A DNA stretch of 64,000 nucleotides, taken from an uncultured Ruminococcus sp. (GTDB lineage: Bacteria; Bacillota; Clostridia; Oscillospirales; CAG-382). Positions 45,893 to 56,695 of this stretch are shown here, piece by piece (the stretch's first letter is position 1; the number at the start of each line of letters is the position of its first letter). Made by a program: the position numbers and the translations under genes. The notes under the pieces were generated by a model. The model did not search any database. It saw nothing but the letters and a program-made list of their open reading frames with translations, and was not told the origin of the DNA. The stretch covers positions 69,260 through 133,259 of the forward strand of contig CAZJVB010000001.1 in NCBI GenBank assembly GCA_964549435.1, written 5' to 3'.

Positions 45893-47650
45893 ATGAAGGA
45901 TACTGTAATTTATGGTGTGAACGGACCGGTTGTAACCGTTCGCGATACCAAATGTTTTTTTATGCAGGAAATGGTGCTGGTTGGTCATGAGCATCTGGTA
46001 GGCGAGGTTATCCGTGTTTCCGAACAGGAAACGTTGATTCAGGTGTATGAAAGCACGTCCGGCGTTCGTCCCGGAGAGCCTGTGATTTCAACCGGAGCGC
46101 CGCTTTCCGTTACGCTTGGACCGGGTATTGTCGGAGAGATTTTTGACGGTATTGAACGCCCTTTGCGCGCCATTGCAAAGAGCGACGGCGCTTTTATCGG
46201 CAGGGGTGCCGCCGCCGGTATTCTGGATGAAACTAAAAAGTGGAAAACACATGTATTGGTTTCACCGGGAGAGGAACTTGTCGGCGGTGATGTCATTGCA
46301 GAGGTGCAGGAAACGGAAAGCTTTGTGCACCGTTCCATGGTGCCTCCATCGCTTGCAGGTACGGTTGTTTGGGCGGCACAGGATGGAACCTATACGATTG
46401 CAGAACCGATTCTTCGTCTGCGCGATGCGGAAGGGCAGGAACATGAGATTGCGCTTGCCCAAAAATGGCCGATTCGTTTGCCCCGACCGTTTCGTGAACG
46501 GTTGCCATTCACGACGCCGTTGATTACCGGGCAGCGTGTGATTGATTCCGTTTTTCCGATTGCAAAGGGCGGAACAGCTGCGATCCCTGGAGGATTCGGC
46601 ACCGGGAAAACTATGACGCAGCACCAGTTGGCGAAGTGGAGTGATGCGGATCTGATCGTTTACGTTGGCTGCGGAGAACGCGGGAACGAAATGACGCAGG
46701 TGCTGGATGAGTTTGGCGCCTTGATTGATCCGCGTACCGGTAAGAAACTGACAGAACGGACTATTTTGATCGCCAATACGTCTAATATGCCGGTCGCGGC
46801 TCGCGAAGCATCTATTTATACGGGTATCACATTGGCAGAATATTTCCGGGATATGGGCTACGATGTTGCTATGATGGCGGACTCTACTTCACGATGGGCG
46901 GAAGCGTTGCGTGAAATTTCCGGTCGTTTGGAAGAGATGCCGGCTGAAGAAGGGTTTCCGGCGTATCTGCCGTCGCGTCTGTCTGCTTTTTATGAACGCG
47001 CCGGAAATGTAACGGCCCTCTGCGGTCAGCGCGGCTCCGTCACGGTGATCGGTGCGGTTTCACCGCAGGGGAATGATTTTTCCGAACCGGTTACGCAGAA
47101 TACCAAGCGGTTTACACGTGTCTTTTGGGCGCTTGACAAATCTCTTGCCTACGCGCGTCATTATCCTTCAATCAATTGGATTGACAGCTATAGTGAGTAT
47201 GAGCCGGAGCTTGCTTCCTATTTCAATACCATGGTGGATCCGCATTTTACGGAGTATCGTCGCAGAATCGTTTCCCTGTTGTTGGAGGAAAATTCGCTGA
47301 TGGAGATTGTCAAGCTGATCGGCGCGGATGTCCTGCCGGACGATCAGCGGCTGATTATTGATATTGCTCGTGTCATTCGCGTCGGTTTTCTGCAGCAGAA
47401 TGCATACCATCCGGACGATACCTACGTGCCGCTGCAGAAACAGTTTTTGATGATGAAAATTATTCTGCATCTGTATGATGCTGCGAAGGCACTGATTGAA
47501 TCCGGGAAGCCTGCTGCACGGATTGCCGAATGCGGTCTTTATGAACGGTTGATTCGGATGAAATTTGATATTCCAAACGGGGATTTGTCCGGATTCGATG
47601 TTTGCCTGTCTGAAATCGACGCAACCATTTCGGAACTTTCCGAGAAGTGA
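45893..47650 (+). CDS. ntpA: V-type ATPase catalytic subunit A
   Basis: 585 aa. P-loop GGFGTGKT and the non-homologous insert typical of A subunits. Confidence 0.96.
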   Translation: MKDTVIYGVNGPVVTVRDTKCFFMQEMVLVGHEHLVGEVIRVSEQETLIQVYESTSGVRPGEPVISTGAPLSVTLGPGIVGEIFDGIERPLRAIAKSDGAFIGRGAAAGILDETKKWKTHVLVSPGEELVGGDVIAEVQETESFVHRSMVPPSLAGTVVWAAQDGTYTIAEPILRLRDAEGQEHEIALAQKWPIRLPRPFRERLPFTTPLITGQRVIDSVFPIAKGGTAAIPGGFGTGKTMTQHQLAKWSDADLIVYVGCGERGNEMTQVLDEFGALIDPRTGKKLTERTILIANTSNMPVAAREASIYTGITLAEYFRDMGYDVAMMADSTSRWAEALREISGRLEEMPAEEGFPAYLPSRLSAFYERAGNVTALCGQRGSVTVIGAVSPQGNDFSEPVTQNTKRFTRVFWALDKSLAYARHYPSINWIDSYSEYEPELASYFNTMVDPHFTEYRRRIVSLLLEENSLMEIVKLIGADVLPDDQRLIIDIARVIRVGFLQQNAYHPDDTYVPLQKQFLMMKIILHLYDAAKALIESGKPAARIAECGLYERLIRMKFDIPNGDLSGFDVCLSEIDATISELSEK

Positions 47651-47663
47651 GGGAAAACGCATA

Positions 47664-49043
47664 ATGATCATTTCCTATCAGGGCTTGCATGAAATATCCG
47701 GCTCGCTGATTGCTTTAGAGGGTGTTTCCGGAGTCGGCTATGAAGAGCAGGCGGAAATATTGCTGCGGGACGGCAGCGTTCGCACCGGCAAGATTGCCCG
47801 TATCGACGGGGATCGCGTGGTGGTACAGGTGTTTGAAGGTACGGGCGGCTTTTCTTTGGAGAATACTGAAATCGTATTTCGCGGACGACCGATGTCGCTG
47901 CCGTTATCTGCCGGTATTCTGGGACGCATGTTTGACGGAACCGGTAAGCCACGCGACGGTCTCGGTCCGGTTTTTGCCGACTGTACGCGGGATATCAACG
48001 GATCTGCAATCAATCCGGTGGAACGTGTCTATCCCCGTAATTATATCTGTACAGGAATTTCTGCAATCGACGCGCTTGCTACTTTGATCCGCGGGCAAAA
48101 GTTGCCGATTTTTTCCGGTTATGGAATGAAGCATAACGAGCTTGCCGTACAGATTGTCAGTCAGGCAAAGATTGCCGGGGAGGAAAATGCGCAGTTTGCG
48201 GTCGTTTTTGCTGCCATGGGTGTCAAAAATGACGTTGCGGATTATTTCCGGCGCTGCTTCGAAGATGCCGGTGTTCTGGATCATGTCGCGATGTTCCTGA
48301 ATACCTCCAATGATCCGATTATCGAACGGACCGTAACACCGCGCTGTGCACTGACTGCTGCGGAATATCTTGCTTTTGATCTGGGAATGCATGTATTGGT
48401 AGTCATGACGGATATGACTTCCTATTGTGAGGCATTGCGGGAGTTTTCCTCCTCTAAGGGAGAGATTCCCGGAAGAAAAGGGTATCCCGGATACCTTTAT
48501 TCCGATCTCGCCTCTCTCTATGAGCGTGCCGGTATGGTTAAGGGCAAGAAGGGTTCTGTTACACAGATTCCGATTCTGACGATGCCTAACGATGACATTA
48601 CTCATCCGATCCCCGATCTGACTGGGTATATTACGGAGGGGCAGATTGTTTTGGATCGTGCGCTGGACGGCAAGGGAATCTATCCGCCGATCAATGTGCT
48701 TCTGAGCTTGTCCCGTTTGATGAAGGATGGCATCGGGGAAGGATATACCCGTGCTGATCACGCATCCTTAATGAACCAGTTGTTTTCTTCCTATTCCAAG
48801 GTGCAGGATGCCCGCGCACTTTCTGCAGTCATTGGTGAGGATGAGCTTGCCGAAACGGATCGGCAGTATCTTCGCTTCGGACAGGCATTTGAAACGAAAT
48901 TTATCGCTCAGGGGGCACGCGAAAACCGTTCTATAGAGGAAACATTGGATTTGGGCTGGAAGCTGCTTCGGCTGCTTCCTGCGTCGGAAATGGATCGATT
49001 GGATCCGAAGCTGATTGCGCAGTATTTTTCTGCGGAGGGTTGA
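47664..49043 (+). CDS. ntpB: V-type ATPase subunit B
   Basis: Start at the internal ATG 47664, 14 nt after the ntpA stop. 459 aa with B-subunit motifs ([15 protein letters not shown]). Confidence 0.95.
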   Translation: MIISYQGLHEISGSLIALEGVSGVGYEEQAEILLRDGSVRTGKIARIDGDRVVVQVFEGTGGFSLENTEIVFRGRPMSLPLSAGILGRMFDGTGKPRDGLGPVFADCTRDINGSAINPVERVYPRNYICTGISAIDALATLIRGQKLPIFSGYGMKHNELAVQIVSQAKIAGEENAQFAVVFAAMGVKNDVADYFRRCFEDAGVLDHVAMFLNTSNDPIIERTVTPRCALTAAEYLAFDLGMHVLVVMTDMTSYCEALREFSSSKGEIPGRKGYPGYLYSDLASLYERAGMVKGKKGSVTQIPILTMPNDDITHPIPDLTGYITEGQIVLDRALDGKGIYPPINVLLSLSRLMKDGIGEGYTRADHASLMNQLFSSYSKVQDARALSAVIGEDELAETDRQYLRFGQAFETKFIAQGARENRSIEETLDLGWKLLRLLPASEMDRLDPKLIAQYFSAEG

Positions 49044-49669
49044 TCATGGCAGGTCAGGTGATTGCTACCAAGAGCAATTTGCTGCGGCTGAAAAAGACGC
49101 TTGCTCTTGCGCAGAATGGATATGAGCTGCTGGACCGCAAGCGCAATATTCTGATTCGCGAAACGATGGGAATGATCGAGCGGGCGCAGGATATTCAGAT
49201 GCGGATCCGGAATGCCTATCAGGAAGCATATGATGCACTCCGTCGCGCAAATATTCTTTTGGGAATCGTGGATGAAATTGCAGACGCCGTACCGATAGAC
49301 GATCAGCTTCATCTTTCCGGTCGCAGTGTCATGGGAGTGGAAATCCCTTCGGCATGGGATGATTATGCGCCACCTGCCGCGCCGGGCGGTTTTCACCGCA
49401 CCAATGTCGATCTGGATGAGGCATACCTTAAATTTAATGAAGCGCGGAAGCTGACTGTGGAGCTTGCTGAATTGGAATCCGGTGTCTACCGTCTCGCAGA
49501 GGGAATCCGGAAGACGCAAAAACGCGCCAATGCGCTGAAAAATATTATGATTCCGCGTTATACGGAGGAGATTGCCGTGATCTCCGAGGCACTTTCGGAG
49601 AAAGAACGGGAAGAGTTTGCACGCCAGAAGGTAATCAAGAACCAACTGGAAGCCCGTTCCGTGAAATAA
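49040..49669 (+). CDS. ntpD: V-type ATPase subunit D
   Basis: 209 aa. The [11 protein letters not shown]-terminus is typical of D subunits. ATGA overlap with ntpB. Confidence 0.9.
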   Translation: MIMAGQVIATKSNLLRLKKTLALAQNGYELLDRKRNILIRETMGMIERAQDIQMRIRNAYQEAYDALRRANILLGIVDEIADAVPIDDQLHLSGRSVMGVEIPSAWDDYAPPAAPGGFHRTNVDLDEAYLKFNEARKLTVELAELESGVYRLAEGIRKTQKRANALKNIMIPRYTEEIAVISEALSEKEREEFARQKVIKNQLEARSVK

Positions 49670-49794
49670 GGAAGCGCAGCTCTCTTTTTCGTACAAAAGA
49701 AGCGGTCGGCGCCTTTCAAAAATTTGTAGAAAAGCGTATTGCGTTTCTTGTGAAAATGTGATAAAATACACTGAATATTTTTGGGCATCATTTT

Positions 49795-51663
49795 ATGAAA
49801 GAAATAGGAGAGCAAGTTTTGACACGCAACTTAGCACGCAAGGATTTAAGAAATATCGCAATTATCGCACATGTCGATCACGGAAAAACCACGTTGGTGG
49901 ATGAAATGCTCAAACAGGGCGGTATATTTCGGGAGAATCAGGTGACAGAAGAACGCGTCATGGACTCCAACGCTTTAGAACGCGAACGAGGAATCACCAT
50001 TCTTGCCAAGAATACCGCAATTCACTACAAGGATGTTAAGATCAATGTTGTCGATACACCCGGACATGCGGATTTTGGCGGAGAAGTAGAGCGAATCCTG
50101 AAAATGGTCAATGGCGTTATCCTGTTGGTGGATGCCGCAGAGGGACCGATGCCGCAGACGCGCTTTGTTTTGCAAAAAGCGTTGGAGCTGAACCATCGCG
50201 TCATCGTTGTGGTCAATAAGATTGATAAGCCGGACGCCCGTTTGGATGAGGTGCCGGATGAAGTATTGGAGCTTCTGATCGATTTGGACGCGAATAACGA
50301 ACAGCTGGAAAGCCCGGTTTTGTTCTGCTCCGGACGGGACGGCACTGCTTCTCTGTCTCCTTACGAACGAGGCACCGACTTGAAGCCGCTGTTTGATACG
50401 ATTTTGGAGTATATTCCCGCTCCTGAGGGAGATCCGGAAGGGGAGCTGCAGTTGCTGGTCTCCTCAATCGACTATAATGAATATGTCGGACGCATCGGAA
50501 TCGGACGCATCGAGCGTGGTACAGTAAAAGTGAATCAGGAGGTTTGTATTGCAAACTTTCATACCGGCGAGTCTCCCAAGAAGACCCGGATTGTCAGCTT
50601 GTATCAAATTGACGGGTTGAACCGCGTGCCGGTGGAAAGTGCTTCCGTCGGTGATATCGTCTGTTTTTCCGGTGCGGAATCGATCACGATTGGTGATACC
50701 GTCACCTCTGTGAATTGTCCGGAGCCTTTGGAATTTGTTAAAGTCAGTGAGCCGACGATGGAAATGACCTTCTCCGTAAACGATTCACCGTTTGCCGGTC
50801 GCGAGGGGAAATTTGTCACCTCGCGTCAGCTGCGTGATCGCCTGTATAAGGAGCTGCAAAAGGACGTCTCCCTTCGTGTAGAGGATGGGGATACGACCGA
50901 CAGCTTTAAGGTCTGTGGGCGGGGCGAAATGCATCTGTCTATTTTAATTGAGACGATGCGCCGAGAAGGCTATGAGATGTCCTGCTCAACACCGAAGGTG
51001 TTATTTAAAGAGATTAACGGCGGAACCTGTGAACCGATTGAGCAGGTGTATCTCGATGTCCCGAATGACTATTCCGGCGCAGTTATCGAGGAGCTCAGTC
51101 GACGTAAGGGCGAGTTGATTGCGATGAATCCGAATGCTGCCGGGACGCGCATGAAGATAGAATATAAGATTCCGACTCGTTGTCTGCTCGGTTATCGCAG
51201 CTTGTTTATGACAGCAACGCGCGGTGAGGGCATTATGAATACCGTATTCGATTCCTATGAACCGTACCGCGGGGATATTCAGCTGCGCTTCACCGGTTCT
51301 TTGGTTGCTTCCGAGGATGGAGAAACCACTTCCTACGGTTTGTACAACACACAGGAGCGCGGCAACATGTTCTTGGGACCGGCAGTTAAGGTTTATGCGG
51401 GACAGATCGTTGGTATGAATCCAAAACAGGGAGATATCACGGTGAATCCCTGTAAGCAGAAGCATTTGACCGCCGTTCGCTCTTCTGGCGCGGATGAAAA
51501 GCTGATTCTTGTTCCGCCGATCATTTTTTCGCTGGAGGAAGCAATCGAATTCATCAGTGATGATGAACTGATTGAGGTCACGCCGAAGAGCATCCGGCTG
51601 AGAAAGCGGATTTTGGATAAGGATCTCAGGCTTAAGGCGGAAGCACGGGCGAAAAGATCCTAA
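49795..51663 (+). CDS. typA: Translational GTPase TypA/BipA
   Basis: AHVDHGKTT, DTPGHADF and NKID G-motifs. A TTG at 49819 behind GGAGAG is a plausible alternative start. Confidence 0.95.
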   Translation: MKEIGEQVLTRNLARKDLRNIAIIAHVDHGKTTLVDEMLKQGGIFRENQVTEERVMDSNALERERGITILAKNTAIHYKDVKINVVDTPGHADFGGEVERILKMVNGVILLVDAAEGPMPQTRFVLQKALELNHRVIVVVNKIDKPDARLDEVPDEVLELLIDLDANNEQLESPVLFCSGRDGTASLSPYERGTDLKPLFDTILEYIPAPEGDPEGELQLLVSSIDYNEYVGRIGIGRIERGTVKVNQEVCIANFHTGESPKKTRIVSLYQIDGLNRVPVESASVGDIVCFSGAESITIGDTVTSVNCPEPLEFVKVSEPTMEMTFSVNDSPFAGREGKFVTSRQLRDRLYKELQKDVSLRVEDGDTTDSFKVCGRGEMHLSILIETMRREGYEMSCSTPKVLFKEINGGTCEPIEQVYLDVPNDYSGAVIEELSRRKGELIAMNPNAAGTRMKIEYKIPTRCLLGYRSLFMTATRGEGIMNTVFDSYEPYRGDIQLRFTGSLVASEDGETTSYGLYNTQERGNMFLGPAVKVYAGQIVGMNPKQGDITVNPCKQKHLTAVRSSGADEKLILVPPIIFSLEEAIEFISDDELIEVTPKSIRLRKRILDKDLRLKAEARAKRS

Positions 51664-51688
51664 AAAAGCAGGAGGGAAAGTTCATATT

Positions 51689-52315
51689 ATGCGTATATTA
51701 TTTCAGGGTGACAGTGTAACAGATGCCGGTCGCTCATATGAGGATCCAACAGATCTCGGTCCCGGTTATCCGGCGGTGACGGCGCGTCTTCTTCGGGAGG
51801 CATTTCCCGATCGTTCACTGGAGTTTCTCAATCGTGGGATCGGTGGCAACCGAACCTCCCAGCTTGTTGAGCGCCTGCAGCGTGATTTTTTGGATTTGCA
51901 TCCGGATTTGGTGACACTCCTGATTGGTGTTAACGACAGTTGGCATCGCTGCCCGCCGACGTGTATTGAAACCACTGATGTGCAATTTGAGGAAAATTAC
52001 CGTATTGTCTTGAATGCACTGCGAGAGAAGCATATTCCGGTTGTAATGTTGGAGCCGTTTTCATTACCTTCAACGGTTGTTCCGGATTTTCGAGCAGATT
52101 TGACTTCAAAAATTGAAATTGTGCGCAAGCTTGCAAGGGAATATGCGTTGGCATATCTGCCGTTGGACGGACTGGCCGCTGCGGATGCCGTACGGTATGG
52201 CGTTACGCATCTGACAGATGACGGGGTGCATCCGAATGAAGAAGGACGCATTTGGCTCGGTACGCTGTTAGCGAACACATTGCAGCCGTTGCTTCGTGAA
52301 AAGTTTGCCTTATAA
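51689..52315 (+). CDS. SGNH/GDSL-family hydrolase
   Basis: 208 aa. FQGDSVTD block I and a C-terminal DGVHPN block V. Confidence 0.85.
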   Translation: MRILFQGDSVTDAGRSYEDPTDLGPGYPAVTARLLREAFPDRSLEFLNRGIGGNRTSQLVERLQRDFLDLHPDLVTLLIGVNDSWHRCPPTCIETTDVQFEENYRIVLNALREKHIPVVMLEPFSLPSTVVPDFRADLTSKIEIVRKLAREYALAYLPLDGLAAADAVRYGVTHLTDDGVHPNEEGRIWLGTLLANTLQPLLREKFAL

Positions 52316-52341
52316 AATTTATAATAGGTTGATAGGGAGAA

Positions 52342-52370
52342 CCTCCTGCGAAAGCTGCAGGAGGCTTTTT
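52342..52370 (+). terminator. Rho-independent terminator after the SGNH hydrolase gene (shared convergent hairpin)
   Basis: CCTCCTGC-GAAAGCT-GCAGGAGG followed by CTTTTTC. Confidence 0.7.
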
Positions 52371-53251
52371 CATGTCAGAAGAAAGGTGAGAATATATCCG
52401 CCCATATTATCTTCGGAAACCAATACGCTTTGATAGGAGGTGGGGACGATAAATGTATCGCCCTGCTGTCTGGAGATCAGATAGTTGCCGGACTGGTAAA
52501 AAATATTCGTCTCCAGCATTTGCATGTAGCTTTCCAATGTCAGATAGTTGTTCATAATGATTTCTGCGTGCGGACATCCTACATACCGCAAATGCCATGG
52601 CTCGTAGCCAAGTCCTGTTTCTGACTGACCGTAGGAAGGGTAACGGATGATGAAGCCGTATTCCTGACAATGATCATTGACGTACCTTCCTGCCTCGGTT
52701 TTCAGTAGCGCCATTCCTGCATAGGAGGGGAGATAAACATCTAATGCCAACCCCGCTTGATGCTCGCTTGCGCCAACCTCAGTGGCTGTATTTTCACTCT
52801 CTGCCAGTTCCAAGAGTTGATCTTCTGCCGTCCGATAGGCGGAATTGATGTATAGCTTTTGTCCGAATGTATTTTCTACGTTAGATGCAAGAGCCGCATA
52901 GGCATCTTGTATGCAGACATTCATCAGAACATCTGTGTCGCGGTAGGGAGCGATATCCGGTGAAAAGTTATCCGGAATGCGGTACTCTTTGTTAATCAGC
53001 AGCAGGGACTGGTTGCTTTGACACCGGGGATCGGAAAATAGCTCTTCTGCGGAAAGCTCCTGTGTTTCGATGGTTACGGCATCCAGTGAAAAGCTCGACA
53101 TGGCCGCTTTGATGTCCTGTTCGAGTCGGTAAACGATGTCGCTTCTGCCGTAGATAAATAACGCTGCAGCGAGAAACAGAACGACCATAACGGTTGCGAG
53201 AATGTAAATCCAAAAGTGCTTCTTTGTTCCTGTCGTTGTTTTATGTGCCAA
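52370..53251 (-). CDS. Membrane-anchored D-alanyl-D-alanine carboxypeptidase (VanY/M15B family)
   Basis: TTG start behind AGGAGAG, then an N-terminal TM helix. SAYRT, SEHQAGLALD and EPWHLRYVG zinc-peptidase motifs are present. Confidence 0.85.
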   Translation of the reverse strand: MAHKTTTGTKKHFWIYILATVMVVLFLAAALFIYGRSDIVYRLEQDIKAAMSSFSLDAVTIETQELSAEELFSDPRCQSNQSLLLINKEYRIPDNFSPDIAPYRDTDVLMNVCIQDAYAALASNVENTFGQKLYINSAYRTAEDQLLELAESENTATEVGASEHQAGLALDVYLPSYAGMALLKTEAGRYVNDHCQEYGFIIRYPSYGQSETGLGYEPWHLRYVGCPHAEIIMNNYLTLESYMQMLETNIFYQSGNYLISRQQGDTFIVPTSYQSVLVSEDNMGGYILTFLLT

Positions 53252-53318
53252 AGTAATCTCTCCTTTTTAAAGGGAAATGCTCCCTTCCTAACTGTTCTAA
53301 CACAAATAGTACGGTTAG

Positions 53319-53347
53319 AATATAGCACAGAGAAAAGAACTTGTCAA
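53319..53347 (-). promoter_or_regulatory. Sigma-A-type promoter (TTGACA-17-TGcTATATT) for the VanY-like gene
   Basis: Perfect -35, 17-nt spacer, extended -10. A 7-bp inverted repeat TTCTAAC-N12-GTTAGAA (53295-53320) abuts the -10. Confidence 0.55.
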
Positions 53348-53359
53348 GAGGATTTTGAA

Positions 53360-53399
53360 AAAAAGAAAAAGAAAAAAACACCCGAGCGTACGGGTGTTT
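53360..53399 (-). terminator. Rho-independent terminator ending the MBOAT/DHHW/FkbH/ACP operon
   Basis: ACACCCG-AGCGTA-CGGGTGT hairpin followed on the minus strand by a long U-rich tract (UUUUUUUCUUUUUCUUUUU). Confidence 0.7.
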
Positions 53400-53410
53400 T
53401 AGCAGGAGAC

Positions 53411-53653
53411 TTATTTACTTCGTGCGGCAATGATATCTGCCATCTCACCGACATTTTTCATCGAACTGACTTCCTTCATTGTGAACTTCACCTTGAACTC
53501 ACGCTCGACCGCGCCGATCAGCGTAATGTGTTCCAGACTGTCCCAGTCTTCGATATCCTTTGCGGTAGTTTTGCGTGAGACGGTGATGCTCTTGTCGTCA
53601 AATACCTTTCGAAAAATGCTGTTCAATCGGCTGAAAATTTCTGCTTCGCTCAT
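53411..53653 (-). CDS. Acyl/peptidyl carrier protein (DltC-like size)
   Basis: 80 aa from the internal ATG 53653 (RBS GAAGGAA). Phosphopantetheine-site context DIEDWDSLEHITLIGAVE. The ORF-track upstream extension overlaps the preceding gene and is rejected. Confidence 0.8.
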   Translation of the reverse strand: MSEAEIFSRLNSIFRKVFDDKSITVSRKTTAKDIEDWDSLEHITLIGAVEREFKVKFTMKEVSSMKNVGEMADIIAARSK

Positions 53654-53672
53654 AGTAATTTCCTTCTTTCCG

Positions 53673-55481
53673 TTATTGATCGATGAGGGTGTTTTCGTTT
53701 CCGTTGACACAAATGACATGATTTTGCGTTTGATAGGCGTCAATTTCCAATTCCCAAACCGTATTACCTTCGGAATCCTCATTCGTTTTACTAAATCCGA
53801 ATTTTGCGTATAGATCCTTGACCATGCCGTTCTTAGCGGTGGGGAAGTAATATCCGACGATGCGGCGGATACCGCACTTTTTTGCTTCTTTAACCAGCGT
53901 ATCAAGCATGGCAAATTCCATCTCTTTTTTCAGAACGCGGCAGCTCATTAGCCAAAGTTCCATGTGGAGAGCTTCGCCATCGATCCTGCCGATGACTACG
54001 GAAACTACGCCGTTGTCTCCAAACCGGTCCCATAGTTTTCCGTAAAGGCAAATATGATTACCGTCGGCTGCTGCGGCGCGAATTTCCTCCTCCGTGTAGC
54101 GGCGCGTGGTCAAATTAAACTGATTGGATTTATTGGTCAGCTGTGTGATACGGGCAAAATATACCTCCGGAAAAGGCAGAATATCTGCTTTCATCTCAAG
54201 GCTTTTCAGGTATTCTGTATAGTCAACGAAGGAAAGCTCTAATTCTTCCCGTTCTGCGTTGGCGCGGTACATTTCATTGCGTTTGCTGTCATCCTCAGAG
54301 ATGACCGTCGCCTCAAAATACCCGTTGCGGTCCAGCGTGCGGATATAGGTATCCGGAGAGATCATCTCCGGAACTGCCATTCCCGGAATACTTTCAGCGA
54401 CCAACGCGCGTTCTGTTGGATTATCGTCTACAAAAACGAAGGAATCCACACCGAGATGCATTTGCGTTGCTGTCAGCAGGAGGTTACGATCTTTGTTTTC
54501 CCAGTCGGCTTTGATAACGATAAAATCCTCCGGACGGAGAACGCCGTCCGGGTGGTTAAGCCCGTCTAAGGCATTCTGCAAATCGTTTTTGGATGCAACG
54601 GTCAGCATTACGCCGAGCTGTTGGTGTGCCTTCAGGTACTGCTGAAATGCCAGAAAGCATTCTGCAGTCGCTGTCTCGCTGCCGATTTCGATACCGTCTG
54701 CGCCGTCGTCCCCGACCACGCCTCCCCAAAGCGTGTTGTCCAGATCCAGCGCGAGTACTTTTTTGTTCTTTCCGAACAGTGATTTAATGATTCGAACTGT
54801 GTTGAACGCCCAATATGGAATGGCATCCAAAGCGCAGGCGTATTTATAGAGATACCAAACCGAATCATCCAGCCAACGATCCAGACCGTAGCAGGCGGAA
54901 ATATATTGGAGATCATTGAGGTAGAAGCTTTCTTCTTTAGCGGCATAAGCGGCAAATGCAAGGTTTAGCCGGTTCACAAAGAACACGCTTCCGTGCATTT
55001 CCCAGCAGTCACGGTTTCCGTATAGGCGATGGCCGGGAAATTCAAAGGTATTTTGGATAATCGGGCAGTGATACGCATCCTTCAGACGTTTCCACATGGC
55101 TTCGTATTGCCCGTAGGCGTCTGTAAATTTGTGTTCGGCTTCCGCTTCCGAATCTCCAGGCTGCGGCAAAAGATTTTGCAGATTGCGGAAGGAGGTGTGG
55201 ATATAGATAATGTCGGGACGAAATTCGTCCAATTCCGGATTTCCGAACATCGCATCCTGCCAGAACTGCGCATATTCGGATTGATAGAAGACCGGAGAGA
55301 TGCCGTCTTTCAGCAAAAACAGCTCCATCATTTTGCAGAAGTCGTCGGTAGTTGAGCCCCCTAAAACGGCGATACGTTTCGTAGTGCGGCTGCTTCCGTC
55401 TGCCAGCAGTTCACGGCGGATAGCTTTCTTGTTTTCTAAAAGTTCCTTGCCGTCAAAAGGATACGTGAGTGAAATCATCAA
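53673..55481 (-). CDS. FkbH-like HAD-IIIC phosphatase-family protein with C-terminal GNAT-like domain
   Basis: 602 aa. HAD motif I is VLALDLDNTLWGGVVGDDG. The C-terminal ~150 aa resemble an acetyltransferase fold (MELWLMSCRVLKKEMEFAMLD...). ATG 55478 is an alternative start. Confidence 0.8.
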   Translation of the reverse strand: MMISLTYPFDGKELLENKKAIRRELLADGSSRTTKRIAVLGGSTTDDFCKMMELFLLKDGISPVFYQSEYAQFWQDAMFGNPELDEFRPDIIYIHTSFRNLQNLLPQPGDSEAEAEHKFTDAYGQYEAMWKRLKDAYHCPIIQNTFEFPGHRLYGNRDCWEMHGSVFFVNRLNLAFAAYAAKEESFYLNDLQYISACYGLDRWLDDSVWYLYKYACALDAIPYWAFNTVRIIKSLFGKNKKVLALDLDNTLWGGVVGDDGADGIEIGSETATAECFLAFQQYLKAHQQLGVMLTVASKNDLQNALDGLNHPDGVLRPEDFIVIKADWENKDRNLLLTATQMHLGVDSFVFVDDNPTERALVAESIPGMAVPEMISPDTYIRTLDRNGYFEATVISEDDSKRNEMYRANAEREELELSFVDYTEYLKSLEMKADILPFPEVYFARITQLTNKSNQFNLTTRRYTEEEIRAAAADGNHICLYGKLWDRFGDNGVVSVVIGRIDGEALHMELWLMSCRVLKKEMEFAMLDTLVKEAKKCGIRRIVGYYFPTAKNGMVKDLYAKFGFSKTNEDSEGNTVWELEIDAYQTQNHVICVNGNENTLIDQ

Positions 55482-55522
55482 AATATCTTACCTCTCTCAT
55501 CGGTTTTCAGCGACTCTGCTTC

Positions 55523-56695
55523 TCATTGTGTCATCAGCGTTGTGATGTAGTTGCGTTTTGTTCCCGCTACGGAAAAGGCGGAAAGCGCAAAAGTAACGTC
55601 TGTAATCTGGTTTTCCTCGATAAAGTCCAGAATGTTGCAGGAGAACTCGCGGAGATCTACGACATAGACTTCCTCGAATCCCGCAATTAGGAACGGCGCC
55701 AGTGCGTTGCCGAAGCTGTCTTTGATGATCAACATCTTTCTTCCGTTCTGCACACCGGTCTCCACCCGGACTGCATAGCTGTCGCCGTATATGAATTTGA
55801 TGTAGGACTGAGAGGAAGAAAACATTGAGCCGGAAAAGGAAAAGCGGTAGCTTTGCGAATAATAGTGCGCTGTGTAGGTTTGCTTCGGTTCATACCAGAC
55901 AAAGGTTTCCGGATAACTGCCTAACTCCGAAACATCATAGGTTTTATAGACGGAACCTAAAAAACCGTCAAAGCTGTATTGATCAAACTGGGAGAGCGGC
56001 GCGAAATCGGCGCCAGCCTGCCTGCAAAGCGCTTCCGCCGCATAATATGCTCCTAAAGCAAACCAATGATGATCGGTTCGGGCGTAAATTTCTTCTTGGG
56101 TGTGCGGGGATAGCGCTGAAAGCAGATCGACAAACTGTACATCGACCAATGCGTCCCGCAATCCGGTAAAGCAATCCGCCGTTTTGACAATAGAGGACTC
56201 ATAGCCCTCAGGCGCATAAAAGGCGCAGGCGAGCGGGATTGGCATGGCATATACATTAACGGCATTACCGACTTTTTCTTTAAAGCTGTTCATCAGCTTG
56301 GCGGTTTCTGCGCCGCTGCTTGCCGTGCCGCCGAACAACTCCATGCCGCGATTGCCGCAGACCAAAAATCCGTTGACCATATGCGGCGTTGGGTTTAGAA
56401 CCTCGGGCTGACTTTGCGTAGTCGATACCTGCTCAGAGTTATCGGGCGGGAGGGAAGGCACTGCGGAATTCGAGGAGATTTCCTCCGGGGAGGTCGCTTC
56501 CGATGCTTCTGAAACCGGCTCGGACAAAGATTCCTCCAAAAGTGAGATATCGGAGATGGTAGGGAGCGCGGATGGTTCTGTCGGGACAGAGTGTGATATT
56601 GTACTGCTTTCTTGTTTTGCAATTTCCTGCTCAGCACAGGCAAAGAGCAATGCCGCAGTGAACAAACACAGAAAAATAATCAGTATTCTTTTCAT
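55523..56695 (-). CDS. DHHW-family lipoprotein (AlgJ/AlgX/PatB-like extracytoplasmic acyltransferase fold)
   Basis: Lipobox LLFAC, a Ser/Pro/Glu-rich linker, and the DHHW motif (ARTDHHWFALGAYYAAEAL). ATGA overlap with the upstream paralogue. Confidence 0.8.
   Translation of the reverse strand: MKRILIIFLCLFTAALLFACAEQEIAKQESSTISHSVPTEPSALPTISDISLLEESLSEPVSEASEATSPEEISSNSAVPSLPPDNSEQVSTTQSQPEVLNPTPHMVNGFLVCGNRGMELFGGTASSGAETAKLMNSFKEKVGNAVNVYAMPIPLACAFYAPEGYESSIVKTADCFTGLRDALVDVQFVDLLSALSPHTQEEIYARTDHHWFALGAYYAAEALCRQAGADFAPLSQFDQYSFDGFLGSVYKTYDVSELGSYPETFVWYEPKQTYTAHYYSQSYRFSFSGSMFSSSQSYIKFIYGDSYAVRVETGVQNGRKMLIIKDSFGNALAPFLIAGFEEVYVVDLREFSCNILDFIEENQITDVTFALSAFSVAGTKRNYITTLMTQ

Noticed and set aside
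53654-53914. Upstream extension of the carrier-protein ORF (167-aa version)
   Set aside because: It overlaps the 3' end of the FkbH-like gene in another frame. The 80-aa version starts behind an RBS and matches carrier-protein length.
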